DNA from: Patescibacteria group bacterium
GTDB lineage: Bacteria; Patescibacteriota; Kazan-3B-28; UBA10110
Direction: 5' to 3'
DNA length: 64,000 nucleotides
Assembly (NCBI GenBank): GCA_043802665.1
Contig: JAZDKW010000010.1
Location: 4,024 to 68,023, forward strand
The notes below the pieces were generated by a model. It was not told the DNA's origin. It was given only the letters and a program-made list of their open reading frames with translations, and did no database searches. The position numbers and the translations under genes are program-made. Of this stretch, positions 50,546-59,556 are shown in pieces (position 1 is the first letter of the stretch; every line of letters begins with the position of its first letter).

Positions 50546-51121
50546 ATGACTATCCTGTTTTTTGAAAAAGAGGTGACCTATAAAATGAATAGATCAATTG
50601 TTGTTCTTTTGTTATGCACTCTGGCAGTGGCAACCATCTTTACCGTAACCTCCTGCAAAGGGAATATAAAAGGCGCTGGAGTTCCCCAAGAACCGGGCCA
50701 CTATCTGTATGATGGTAGTAAATGGAATAAGATCCCGACAGATAATATGATTACAGGTGGTGGGCAGATTAGTCTTGACCGGTTTAATAATGGAACAATG
50801 TTCGCTGTCCATGCCGGTAAACTCAAGTATGCTTACCGTATGACGCCCACTGAGATGAAAAGCGCAGGCAGTCCACTGAGTAATGTTTCGGATATCACTG
50901 TGAACCACATAGGGATCTTCCCTTTGTGCAATGCTCAGAACAATCAGGCTTTAGAATTTATATCATCAGGGTATACACAAAGCAACGGTATTGATAAATC
51001 TGATTACTCCGCCGGTTATGTGTTAATGGAGTATGACAGACTACCCGCTTCCCCAATTGGCAAATATTGGATGCACATTTTAGTGGCACCTGGTTATGGC
51101 ATAGGAATAATATCTCAATAA
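50546..51121 (+). CDS. hypothetical lipoprotein
   Basis: Hydrophobic leader ending TSC; probable start MNRS after GAGGTG. Confidence 0.65.
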   Translation: MTILFFEKEVTYKMNRSIVVLLLCTLAVATIFTVTSCKGNIKGAGVPQEPGHYLYDGSKWNKIPTDNMITGGGQISLDRFNNGTMFAVHAGKLKYAYRMTPTEMKSAGSPLSNVSDITVNHIGIFPLCNAQNNQALEFISSGYTQSNGIDKSDYSAGYVLMEYDRLPASPIGKYWMHILVAPGYGIGIISQ

Positions 51122-51225
51122 ACCACCCACGTCAGCACTATTCCTTCACAGTGAAGTTGATAGTTATTTTTTTCACCACAAAAGACTCCTAATGATTTGT
51201 TACACCAAGCAAATCAACGGGAGTT

Positions 51226-51900
51226 TTATTTTAGGTTATTACTATGTTTGCCTGCGAGATGTCTTAATGATGATTTGGTCAGGGCAAACCCATAGATATC
51301 CTGGAAATTATAGGCAAATTGACGCGCGGTGGTATGGGAATCGACAGTCCGGATTAATTGCAATAATTTATTCTGGGGATACTTATCCAATAAATACTTC
51401 ACCCAATAATAACCTACTCCGTAGACTTTTTGCCCACCTACATTAAAGAAACCATTTAAGGATATTAGATCTCCCTCGGCCGGAATTGTTTTATTCTGCC
51501 CAGCCAAATAACAAGCTAACCCCTCATTTAACCATCTTGGTTTTCCAGTATTACTATCCGTAATAATATGGTAATACAGATGAACATATTCATGGACCAA
51601 GACTTGCCAAAATTGGCCGGCCGTATGATCGGATTCTTTGGCAAATACTTTAGGATCAAGGATATAAATTGTTTCTGATTTAGTCCAAGCACACAGCCAG
51701 CTCTCGGTTTTTTTGCCCCAAAATTTGTCGATCTCTCGTCGAGATTGGAGTAACACCACTGGCGGTAATTCTAGTTTGATACCAAAAAATTTATTCAGCT
51801 TTTTTTGAGCTAACTTAAGCGCAGAAATCACCTTGGGATCTCGAGTAGAAGTTGATTTGAAATTAGAGATGCTCATACCATAAGAATACCAGAAAAGCAC
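51226..51900 (-). CDS. peptidase MA-like zinc metalloprotease
   Basis: HEYVH...PRWLNEGLA gluzincin motif. Confidence 0.82.
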   Translation of the reverse strand: MLFWYSYGMSISNFKSTSTRDPKVISALKLAQKKLNKFFGIKLELPPVVLLQSRREIDKFWGKKTESWLCAWTKSETIYILDPKVFAKESDHTAGQFWQVLVHEYVHLYYHIITDSNTGKPRWLNEGLACYLAGQNKTIPAEGDLISLNGFFNVGGQKVYGVGYYWVKYLLDKYPQNKLLQLIRTVDSHTTARQFAYNFQDIYGFALTKSSLRHLAGKHSNNLK

Positions 51901-51959
51901 TCTTGACCCGAGAGATTACAGACTAAACAAGCTTAATGATTTAATAAATTCATCAAGAG

Positions 51960-52487
51960 TTATTTTGAATAAACCATCTGGAGAGTTTCGGGCTGGCAAG
52001 GATTCTTGGGGTATTTTTTAATACCTCGGGGTTGAAATCCGACTTTTCCATAAGCCTTAACGGCACGAATGTTTTCTGGCCTTACTTCTAAATATATTCT
52101 ATGGATATCCAACCCTTTAGCCTTAGCCAGCAATAGCTTGATCGCTTTAACCCCATATCCCTTGCCCCAATATTTCTTATTGCCAATTACTATCTGGGTC
52201 TCGTAATTATCATCCTTTCTTTTCCCTAAGGAAATATGACCAATGGTTTGTTTGTTTAAATCGACCATGAAATGATGATCTGTTTTACTGCCCAGCATAT
52301 CGTGAAAATATTCTTCTACTTCCGCATCGTAAATCGGCTTAAAATCTCCGCTGGTGAGTGTAATTAGATCTTTATCTCTCCACCACTTCCGGAAATATCC
52401 GATATCTCCAGATCTGATCTTTCTTAAAGTTATCTTGTTCATAAGGTAATTATAACAACTTGTCCAATAACAATATTTTTCCAACAC
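51960..52487 (-). CDS. GNAT (RimJ/RimL-like) acetyltransferase
   Basis: YWGKGYG, N.RAVKAYGKVGF. Confidence 0.9.
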   Translation of the reverse strand: MLEKYCYWTSCYNYLMNKITLRKIRSGDIGYFRKWWRDKDLITLTSGDFKPIYDAEVEEYFHDMLGSKTDHHFMVDLNKQTIGHISLGKRKDDNYETQIVIGNKKYWGKGYGVKAIKLLLAKAKGLDIHRIYLEVRPENIRAVKAYGKVGFQPRGIKKYPKNPCQPETLQMVYSK

Positions 52488-52598
52488 TACGGCGGCTACA
52501 GATACCCTGAATGACAGACATCTCCATGCGAAGTTTTTTGTATAAGAAAAGAGAAAAGCCGCCTCATTATAAGGCGGCTACACCGCGGTCTACCACAC

Positions 52599-52769
52599 TT
52601 AGCCGACACATCGGCAACTGGGACCGCCGGAATCGCAATCGCATGGATCACAATTGCAGTCGCAATTGTCACATGTGATACCGCGTTCCGTTAACTGTGG
52701 GGTGTTAATTGTGGATACAGCTGCCATGTCAATGATGGTTTCGAAGCCACAACCTGACAGATTATCCAT
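52599..52769 (-). CDS. Cys/Asp-rich putative RiPP precursor (56 aa)
   Basis: AAAGGGG SD; core CDNCDCNCDPCDCDSGGPSCRC; directly behind the rSAM gene; hairpin at about 52557-52580. Confidence 0.75.
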   Translation of the reverse strand: MDNLSGCGFETIIDMAAVSTINTPQLTERGITCDNCDCNCDPCDCDSGGPSCRCVG

Positions 52770-52783
52770 AGTATCATCCCCTT

Positions 52784-54115
52784 TCAGCACGATATTAATA
52801 TCCTCTGTTGATAGAGTGCTGATACAAACTTGGGTAGCAATAGCTCTGTGAGCTTATTCAAGCTACATGGAAACTCAAAAGTATTTATACGATCAGCGAA
52901 TAAGAATCTGGTTGCCTCCTCATTTAAGAAAGCGGCACACTGATTACCAATATAAACTATAGAGCCAAAATTCTCTTTACGCCAACGCAAATCTGGGTTA
53001 AGCGCTAGATTATTCGGCAACATAACAGAATCGTCTTGGAATTGCTTCAATTTATAGAAACTCTCCAAAGCATCTTGTGCATCAGATGGACTCACAAGAG
53101 AATCCTCGGCACCAAACTCCCCATTGATAACCTCGGCTTCCGCTCGACACCCTCCCCCACAAATCAAGAGCGCTTTGCACTTTTTACAAATCGGGGGTAT
53201 TAATGAACCGTCTCTCCACTCGTACATTCTTTGCCAAATAGCACACAGCGATTCATTGAAGATATTGCCATGACTAATGCTGACATGAGTGCAGACTCTT
53301 ACTTGTCCTAGCGCGGATACAGCTACAGCAGTGATGCCAGCCGAACATCTCTTTCCAGCTACCATGTGGTAACGGAAAACATCTTTGATAGCACATAGAG
53401 GATACACGGTCAAGACCCCTGTTCTTAGATTATATTCTTTCTCCAATTGGACTAGATCTTCCAAATAACTGCGTAATTCCATTAAATCTAACGAATATTC
53501 CCTAAATCCGGCACAACCTGACGGACATGTTGCTCTCGTGACATTAAAATTACTTATCCCGAGACTACGAACTAATTGTGCGGTTTCTCTAATGTAGTGC
53601 TGATTCAGGTGAGATACGACCATATTAACAGAAACATTCACTTGATTCTCTTTCAATAATCGTATGCCTTTGATCGTCTCTTGAAATGATCCGGATCTCT
53701 GTGCTATGTCATCATGAATCTTCTCATTCTGCCCCATGATCGACACTAAAACACTAGTGAGATGTTTATACCGACTTAATGCCTTAGCATCATCATTATC
53801 AAGGTTAATTAATGTAGAATTGACACTCGCTACGGCCAATGTGCTCTTTTCTATCCGATCCAGAGCACAGTACAGAGATTCTTTGTTCATCAGGGGCTCT
53901 CCTCCAGTCAGTACTACATAGAACACCTGAGACCTCTCTAATTCATCCAAAACATGCTCTGTTTGATTCAGAGACATTTGGGCACATTTCTCGGAGAGGT
54001 CAGAAGTCTTAACATCCTTTCTGCGCCAATAGTTATAGCAATGTATGCAATTATTTGGACACAGACTAGATATCTCCAACTGAACAGTTAGCGGAGATGA
54101 TAGGGTTTTGTACAT
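52784..54115 (-). CDS. radical SAM/SPASM peptide maturase-like protein
   Basis: CPNNCIHC, TGGEP, SPASM CSAG...C...GNI...CKKC.....CGGGC; start MYKTL after AAGGAGG. Confidence 0.92.
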   Translation of the reverse strand: MYKTLSSPLTVQLEISSLCPNNCIHCYNYWRRKDVKTSDLSEKCAQMSLNQTEHVLDELERSQVFYVVLTGGEPLMNKESLYCALDRIEKSTLAVASVNSTLINLDNDDAKALSRYKHLTSVLVSIMGQNEKIHDDIAQRSGSFQETIKGIRLLKENQVNVSVNMVVSHLNQHYIRETAQLVRSLGISNFNVTRATCPSGCAGFREYSLDLMELRSYLEDLVQLEKEYNLRTGVLTVYPLCAIKDVFRYHMVAGKRCSAGITAVAVSALGQVRVCTHVSISHGNIFNESLCAIWQRMYEWRDGSLIPPICKKCKALLICGGGCRAEAEVINGEFGAEDSLVSPSDAQDALESFYKLKQFQDDSVMLPNNLALNPDLRWRKENFGSIVYIGNQCAAFLNEEATRFLFADRINTFEFPCSLNKLTELLLPKFVSALYQQRILISC

Positions 54116-54382
54116 AGTTAACCCCTCCTTATTGTTCGATTTATCAAAGGGCTTTATTATAATACCAGAAAGCAAAAACTATGTCCAGATAACACTTTTT
54201 GCCGAAAATTATTATAAAAATTAATAAAGGGGGGCAACTTAGACAGGTTTCTGCGATCTTTACACCATCCTGACTGTTCAGGCAAGCAGGATATCATTTT
54301 TAAACATTATCCTGAGTTATTAAAGAATATTAATGCCGGACAGGTCGCTCTAATAAACTACGCAGGGCGGTCTTCGCTTTTA

Positions 54383-54613
54383 TTAAAAATGTTTCTTCAA
54401 AAATGCCCGACCAGAACCTGACTTAAAATACTTTTCTAATTCAAAAGCTTTATATTTGTCTTGAAGCGCTATATAAAAACAAAGTTTTACTGGTAAACGG
54501 TCTTTGGTTGCTGAAACATAGCCTTTTCGATGTCTATTGACTCTATCTTTCAAGTCATCAGTGCAACCTATATAATAACCTTCTCGACATTTCAGCGAAT
54601 AAATATAATACAT
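54383..54613 (-). CDS. small GIY-YIG nuclease
   Basis: YIYSL...YYIGCT.DL..R...H...A...EKYFKSGSGR. Confidence 0.9.
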   Translation of the reverse strand: MYYIYSLKCREGYYIGCTDDLKDRVNRHRKGYVSATKDRLPVKLCFYIALQDKYKAFELEKYFKSGSGRAFLKKHF

Positions 54614-54652
54614 AATCTGCTATGGTAGCCCGCTTTCATTCGTCTCTGGCGA

Positions 54653-54713
54653 ACTTCGTCACGCCGTAGGCCCTGACTTCGTCCAGCCGAAAGCGGACTT
54701 CGTCACGCCGTAG
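54653..54713. repeat. REP-like direct repeats between GIY-YIG and tRNA
   Basis: acttcgtcacgccgtag at 54653 and 54697, with a partial acttcgtc at 54676. Confidence 0.75.
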
Positions 54714-54732
54714 CCGAGCTCCAGCGAGGCGA

Positions 54733-54824
54733 TGGCGGAGAGGGTGGGATTCGAACCCACGATACCCCTTACGGGGTATGCCAGTTTTCAAGACTAGTGC
54801 CTTCAACCGCTCGGCCACCTCTCC
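54733..54824 (-). tRNA. tRNA-Ser(TGA)
   Basis: GGAGAGG...CTAGT-CTTGAAA-ACTGG, long variable arm, ends CCGCCA. Confidence 0.95.
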
Positions 54825-54845
54825 ATATAGAGCCAAGTGCGGTTA

Positions 54846-54938
54846 TGGCGGTGAGGGAGGGATTCGAACCCTCGCGGGGAATTGCTTCCCCCTACCGGTT
54901 TAGCAAACCAGCCCCTTCAGCCTCTTGGGTACCTCACC
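54846..54938 (-). tRNA. tRNA-Ser(GCT)
   Basis: GGTGAGG...CTGGT-TTGCTAA-ACCGG, long variable arm, ends CCGCCA. Confidence 0.95.
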
Positions 54939-54958
54939 ATCATAACCGCACTTAGTAA

Positions 54959-55198
54959 TTATTTTAATCTACGATGCAAATCTTTGTGCCCATCGCTGGA
55001 CTTCAAGAACCTTTCTCTTCTCTGAGCTATCAGTTTATCTTGGTAGGCTTCATAGCAAACCAACACAAACGGGATTCTATATTTAGTAGATGTTACTTTG
55101 CCGGCTTGATGCTCAGCAAATCTTGATTTTAAATTATCGGTTGAGCCAATGTAATATTTACCATCTTTGTTACTTTTTAGCACATAGACATAATGCAT
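54959..55198 (-). CDS. small GIY-YIG nuclease
   Basis: YVYVLKS...YYIGST.NL..R...H..G...STK.R.P...RERFLKS. Confidence 0.9.
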   Translation of the reverse strand: MHYVYVLKSNKDGKYYIGSTDNLKSRFAEHQAGKVTSTKYRIPFVLVCYEAYQDKLIAQRRERFLKSSDGHKDLHRRLK

Positions 55199-55215
55199 GG
55201 ATATATTTTATTAAA

Positions 55216-55392
55216 GGATTCGCCCTAAATTCTCAGGGCGCCCCGCCTGCCCCGCGTATGCTGGGGCGAATGCCGGGGCGAACCCTCGCGGGGAATTGCT
55301 TCCCCCTACCGGTTTAGCAAACCAGCCCCTTCACGTCCTGCGTATGCGGGACAGCCTCTTGCCCCACATGCACGGGGTGCAGGTACCTCACC
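55216..55392 (-). pseudogene. dead tRNA-Ser(GCT) copy lacking its 3' acceptor strand, interrupted at three sites by hairpins
   Basis: Identical to 54860-54938 once the inserts at 55223-55280, 55334-55353 and 55362-55381 are removed. Confidence 0.9.
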
Positions 55393-55597
55393 ACATAACG
55401 CCTTCGGCGTAACTTATCCAATTTATCAATGTAACACCGATTTCCAATTGATAACATCAGTAGCAACTATATCAAGGTGAGTATCTAACTATTTAAGAAT
55501 ACCATTAATCTCTCCCCCTTTAAAAAGAGGTTCGCCGAACTTTTCTTGGAATCCGAAGCGGTTATTGGAGCTGGGATTATTCTTGTCTTCATCCCGG

Positions 55598-55765
55598 CAT
55601 TGGAGCCCGAGCGTACTGTAGACAGAAAATCGCCGTTGTGTAGCCAACTGTTAGAGTATTCCTTTAAGGAATACGAGTTTGGCGAGAGCAGTAAGGAGAT
55701 TTTATGATGCTGCAGAGTGAGGGCGACTGCCGGAAGACTTTGGTTACTTTCCTCGGGAAAGTAAC
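55598..55765. repeat. structured repeat homologous to 14515-14704
   Basis: cattggagcccgagcg...gagtgagggcgac...gttactttcc-tcg-ggaaagtaac. Confidence 0.7.
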
Positions 55766-55776
55766 AAGAAAAATCC

Positions 55777-57879
55777 TCAAAAGGCCACATATAGGAACTT
55801 TTGATAGGTAATCGGGAAAGGCGGTAATTCAGTCAATCTTTTTTTTACTTTATTAATAAAAAAATTAGCAATGGCTTCTGGCACGGCCAAAAATTTTTGA
55901 GCGATGGTGGTAACTGGAGGCACCCCATTGATTATTGAATATATCCAATTAGTGCCATACTTGCTAAACACTCCGTTGTCTATCGGGCTATGGCTAAAAT
56001 GTATATCCGCATAAGTATATTTCCCATCGGCCCCGCTATTATTCATCGACACTCCCTCATCCCCTACTGCATCAATCCCAAATGGAAATACATCCCGACC
56101 CGAAGGACCATTATCTAAATCATCTTCTGGTGAAAAAGTAATGATCTGCTTTACCACCAAACTCTCATCAAAATGGGCTGGGTTATTAATAGTCTCCGGG
56201 TCTGTACTCAAGGTAGTTTTATTGGGCATCGCCATTAGTTCTTGAATAACCAAACGGATCTTATGGCGCGCTTCATACGCCTCCCGATAATCTAAATCCC
56301 CTTCTGCCCACCCTACCATATTGGCGACCTGGGTCCCACGATAAACATTATCGATTAACTCGCGCAGTGATCGAGTATTCGCTGGGCTACCCAACCCTTT
56401 AACTCTATCCGTTAACTCGCTATCTGGTATCAAATTCACCTCATCATAACTATCCAAATCATTAATCCCAATGACAGCGTTAAGATACTGAACCTTTGCC
56501 AAAGCAATATTAAAATGCTCTTTGGTATCTGAAGCTAAATTGGCTTGGTTAGACCAAGAGTCAACCCTTTCTAATAACTCCTGGGTTCGATGGAATTTCT
56601 CAAAGATCATCCTTAACAAACCTCGGGCGTATCTCCCATTAGCTAAATCGTTCTTGTATCCTTGCACTGTCTTCAAAGTCAAATCGCTTGTATCACTATA
56701 AAAATTTTCCAGAACAGAGATTTGTTTGTCCAAAAATCCGACCGTATAAGCCAGTTCTTCCCAGGTGTTGCGAACTATTTTCTGCATAGTTGTTTTCTGC
56801 CAATTGACCGCCACTGGTGCCGCTACCGGCAAGCCGCAAGCTGTATCAGCACTTTGCAGTTCTGGGATAACACTCCTATCTATTTCAGTAATCGCCATCG
56901 CCTGCCCAGTATTAAAAGCGGATAAGGTTTCTTTGGTCTCAAGTTTTTCTAAAGCCTTGCGATCATCGGCTGACAGCCCACCTATGTAAGATATTCGATC
57001 GGCCGTGCTCATATCATTCCAATCAGGAGGCAAAATAGCACTGTCTGTCCGATAACTATATTGGTCTAATCCAATCACTATGTCGTCACGTAAAATAACA
57101 GGCCCTCCGGTTTTTAGAAGATCCACCCGAATTCGCTGATGAATATCGGTAAGATAGTCTAATGTTTTAAGTAAACGGATATCCAAACGATGATGAAACT
57201 TTCCCGTGGTGTCATCAAATTGCCAATTTAAATCTTCTTTGCTCTCATCAGAAACTACTAATTTCGGGTCACAGCCAGACATCTTGGCTTGCAAATCATT
57301 CACAATAGCTCTGTCCTCGGCACTATCATAATTAGCCGCCATAAAGAGAGACCCCCCCGCCAAACTATTAATATAGTTCTTGCCCGACATGAAAATAGCC
57401 ATAAAGATCACAACTACCAGAATGATCGCCATAGTAATCCACCCGGCAGGGCTTGTCAAGAAAGCCGCAACAACTCTCGCTCCAGTTGCGACCGCCTGCC
57501 CTGTTCCCTTGCTTGATCGAGCTACTTTTTGAGCTACCTCTATAGCTTTACCTGCTCGTTGGGCTACATTCCCTTTTGCAAATTCAAAAGCATCTTTGCC
57601 TAATTCGGCAACAGATGGCTTTCCTGTAGATTTGCCGGCTCTGGCTTTAATGCCTGGCTTGAATTTAGGAGTACTCGCCGCAGTTTTTCCCTCGGTTTTT
57701 TTGGCTGGAATTTTTTCCTTAGGTTGCTGGTTTTTTTGTTTTCCTTCTGGACGCGATCTTCTATTTTGCCGAGTAGTTCGACGAGGTTGTGGCTCCTCCT
57801 CTTCTTGTTCTCCTTCCTCCTCCTCTTCCTCATCCGGAATCAGCTCATCTTCTGGTTGTAACAACTCTTCGTCTGCCAT
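55777..57879 (-). CDS. large single-pass membrane hypothetical protein
   Basis: 700-aa ORF with a charged N-terminus and one TM; no family recognised. Confidence 0.75.
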   Translation of the reverse strand: MADEELLQPEDELIPDEEEEEEGEQEEEEPQPRRTTRQNRRSRPEGKQKNQQPKEKIPAKKTEGKTAASTPKFKPGIKARAGKSTGKPSVAELGKDAFEFAKGNVAQRAGKAIEVAQKVARSSKGTGQAVATGARVVAAFLTSPAGWITMAIILVVVIFMAIFMSGKNYINSLAGGSLFMAANYDSAEDRAIVNDLQAKMSGCDPKLVVSDESKEDLNWQFDDTTGKFHHRLDIRLLKTLDYLTDIHQRIRVDLLKTGGPVILRDDIVIGLDQYSYRTDSAILPPDWNDMSTADRISYIGGLSADDRKALEKLETKETLSAFNTGQAMAITEIDRSVIPELQSADTACGLPVAAPVAVNWQKTTMQKIVRNTWEELAYTVGFLDKQISVLENFYSDTSDLTLKTVQGYKNDLANGRYARGLLRMIFEKFHRTQELLERVDSWSNQANLASDTKEHFNIALAKVQYLNAVIGINDLDSYDEVNLIPDSELTDRVKGLGSPANTRSLRELIDNVYRGTQVANMVGWAEGDLDYREAYEARHKIRLVIQELMAMPNKTTLSTDPETINNPAHFDESLVVKQIITFSPEDDLDNGPSGRDVFPFGIDAVGDEGVSMNNSGADGKYTYADIHFSHSPIDNGVFSKYGTNWIYSIINGVPPVTTIAQKFLAVPEAIANFFINKVKKRLTELPPFPITYQKFLYVAF

Positions 57880-57885
57880 AACCGT

Positions 57886-59391
57886 CTACGCTTTAATACT
57901 GAATAATCGCGATCCATCAAATATGAACAACTGTTGCAAAAGCTGGGAATATAAGAGGCGCTGAGGAACTAATGCCCCGAATGCATTAGTAAATTTGACC
58001 GGTTTCTGCTGACCATCCATTCCCCAATACCACAAATTACCATCGCTGGCCGCCACAATCGCAGTATCATCGGCTTGCCATACAAAAGCCGTGGCCACTT
58101 GAGGAAAAACTGTTTCTACCGCTTGATTGGAAATATTCCAAACGGTTAATTTTGTCCCTTCGGTAGTATTGGCCAAATAAAGGATGTGGGAACCATCCGG
58201 AGAACCTACAACCAAACTCCCCGCTACCCTATCGGGCATTACCGCAGTAAAATCTTTACTGAAAGCATCAAACAGTTTATCTGGTTGGCCGGAATCATCA
58301 AGCAACAATACCCATCGTTCATCTTGCAACCAAATAAGCTCTGGATTGTTGGCATCAACATCACTTGTTAACCGCACCCAGCTTCCACCGTCAATATTGT
58401 CTGCTCGGATTAAAGATTTCTCGCCATTGGCCGCTTCGTAAAAATAAATTATCTGGGTACCGTCGGGCGAAAAAGCGACATCCCGTATATTTTCATTTAA
58501 CAACACCGGCTGAAGGCCCGCCGTGGTAGTCCGCTCACTATCAAATAACCAAGTGCCCACGCCATTATCCATAGTCGGCCCTTGCTCTGGCGTGTCCCCC
58601 AATGGAATATATTGTCCTTTTACCTTGCGGTTATCGTACATATTAGTTAGCCGCCATATATCGGAAAGTTTGGTAATAATAGCAATTCCATTCGGCGACC
58701 ATACCGCCTTCTGCAAATTTGGTATAGCCTTAGCATTAAATAAATCTGTTATGGTTTTGGTTGCTAAATCAACCGCCTTGAAGGTACTCGTAGAAGCATT
58801 CCAAAAACCCATCAATTGATCCCGGCGGACTAATTGCGGGAAAGCCATAGCGGCCTCGGAAACTAATTCCATATTGGGTACTGGGTCTAAAGTGATCTGC
58901 ATTTCGGCAGTTTCACGAGCATTTAAACTAAAAGATTGTTCAAAATCTAAATAACCTTCTTTGTTTACTTGGACTAAATGCTCCCCGGCCTTTAGAGAAA
59001 TGGTTAGAGAATTAATCCCTGTCTTAGTTAATTTCTGATCTAACACTACATTGACCCCTTCGGGATCAAAAGTAAATTTGATCTTACCTTGATTAAAACC
59101 AATTTGGCTTAAAACAAAATATACTGTAGCGCCAATCATCAAGACAGCTAAAATCCCCCACAACCATCCAACCCAGTTTGACCCCCCTCTTCGCTGTGGC
59201 GGCGGCTCTATCTCCCTGCTTATGACGGGAACCGCTGGTTCGTTGGATAAAGTAGTGGGAGTAAATGAAATTGGTCCCTTAGGTGCAGGGCTTGTCGGTG
59301 TAGGGGTAATCCGCGGAGCGCTTGCTGGCATACGTAAATCTGGCGGCAATCCCGCCTGCTCCTCCGGGTTATTTTGGATCTCTCCTTCCAT
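57886..59391 (-). CDS. membrane-anchored PEGA domain plus beta-propeller protein
   Basis: TM, PEG...L.AGEH.VQV.KEGY PEGA motif, WSPNG/FSPDG/GSPDG repeats. Confidence 0.82.
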   Translation of the reverse strand: MEGEIQNNPEEQAGLPPDLRMPASAPRITPTPTSPAPKGPISFTPTTLSNEPAVPVISREIEPPPQRRGGSNWVGWLWGILAVLMIGATVYFVLSQIGFNQGKIKFTFDPEGVNVVLDQKLTKTGINSLTISLKAGEHLVQVNKEGYLDFEQSFSLNARETAEMQITLDPVPNMELVSEAAMAFPQLVRRDQLMGFWNASTSTFKAVDLATKTITDLFNAKAIPNLQKAVWSPNGIAIITKLSDIWRLTNMYDNRKVKGQYIPLGDTPEQGPTMDNGVGTWLFDSERTTTAGLQPVLLNENIRDVAFSPDGTQIIYFYEAANGEKSLIRADNIDGGSWVRLTSDVDANNPELIWLQDERWVLLLDDSGQPDKLFDAFSKDFTAVMPDRVAGSLVVGSPDGSHILYLANTTEGTKLTVWNISNQAVETVFPQVATAFVWQADDTAIVAASDGNLWYWGMDGQQKPVKFTNAFGALVPQRLLYSQLLQQLFIFDGSRLFSIKA

Positions 59392-59556
59392 TCAATATGA
59401 TTAAACTTCTATTTTTACTATAGAACTTCTTTTATTATATCATATATCACCTATTTTGTAAATAATTGGAGTCCCAGAGCGTAGATTTAGATGTTCTTAG
59501 ATAACCATTGACTAAAATCAATTTATCTGATATAATAAAATAATAAATTAAAAAGT

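Noticed and set aside
54636-54836. 66-aa ORF, and likewise 13076-13294, 49406-49612 and 55090-55317
   Set aside because: They overlap tRNA genes or repeats and are spurious translations.
55485-55790. 101-aa ORF, or RNase P/tmRNA in this gap
   Set aside because: The region is better explained by the structured repeat shared with 14515-14704; RNase P and tmRNA hallmark sequences were not found.
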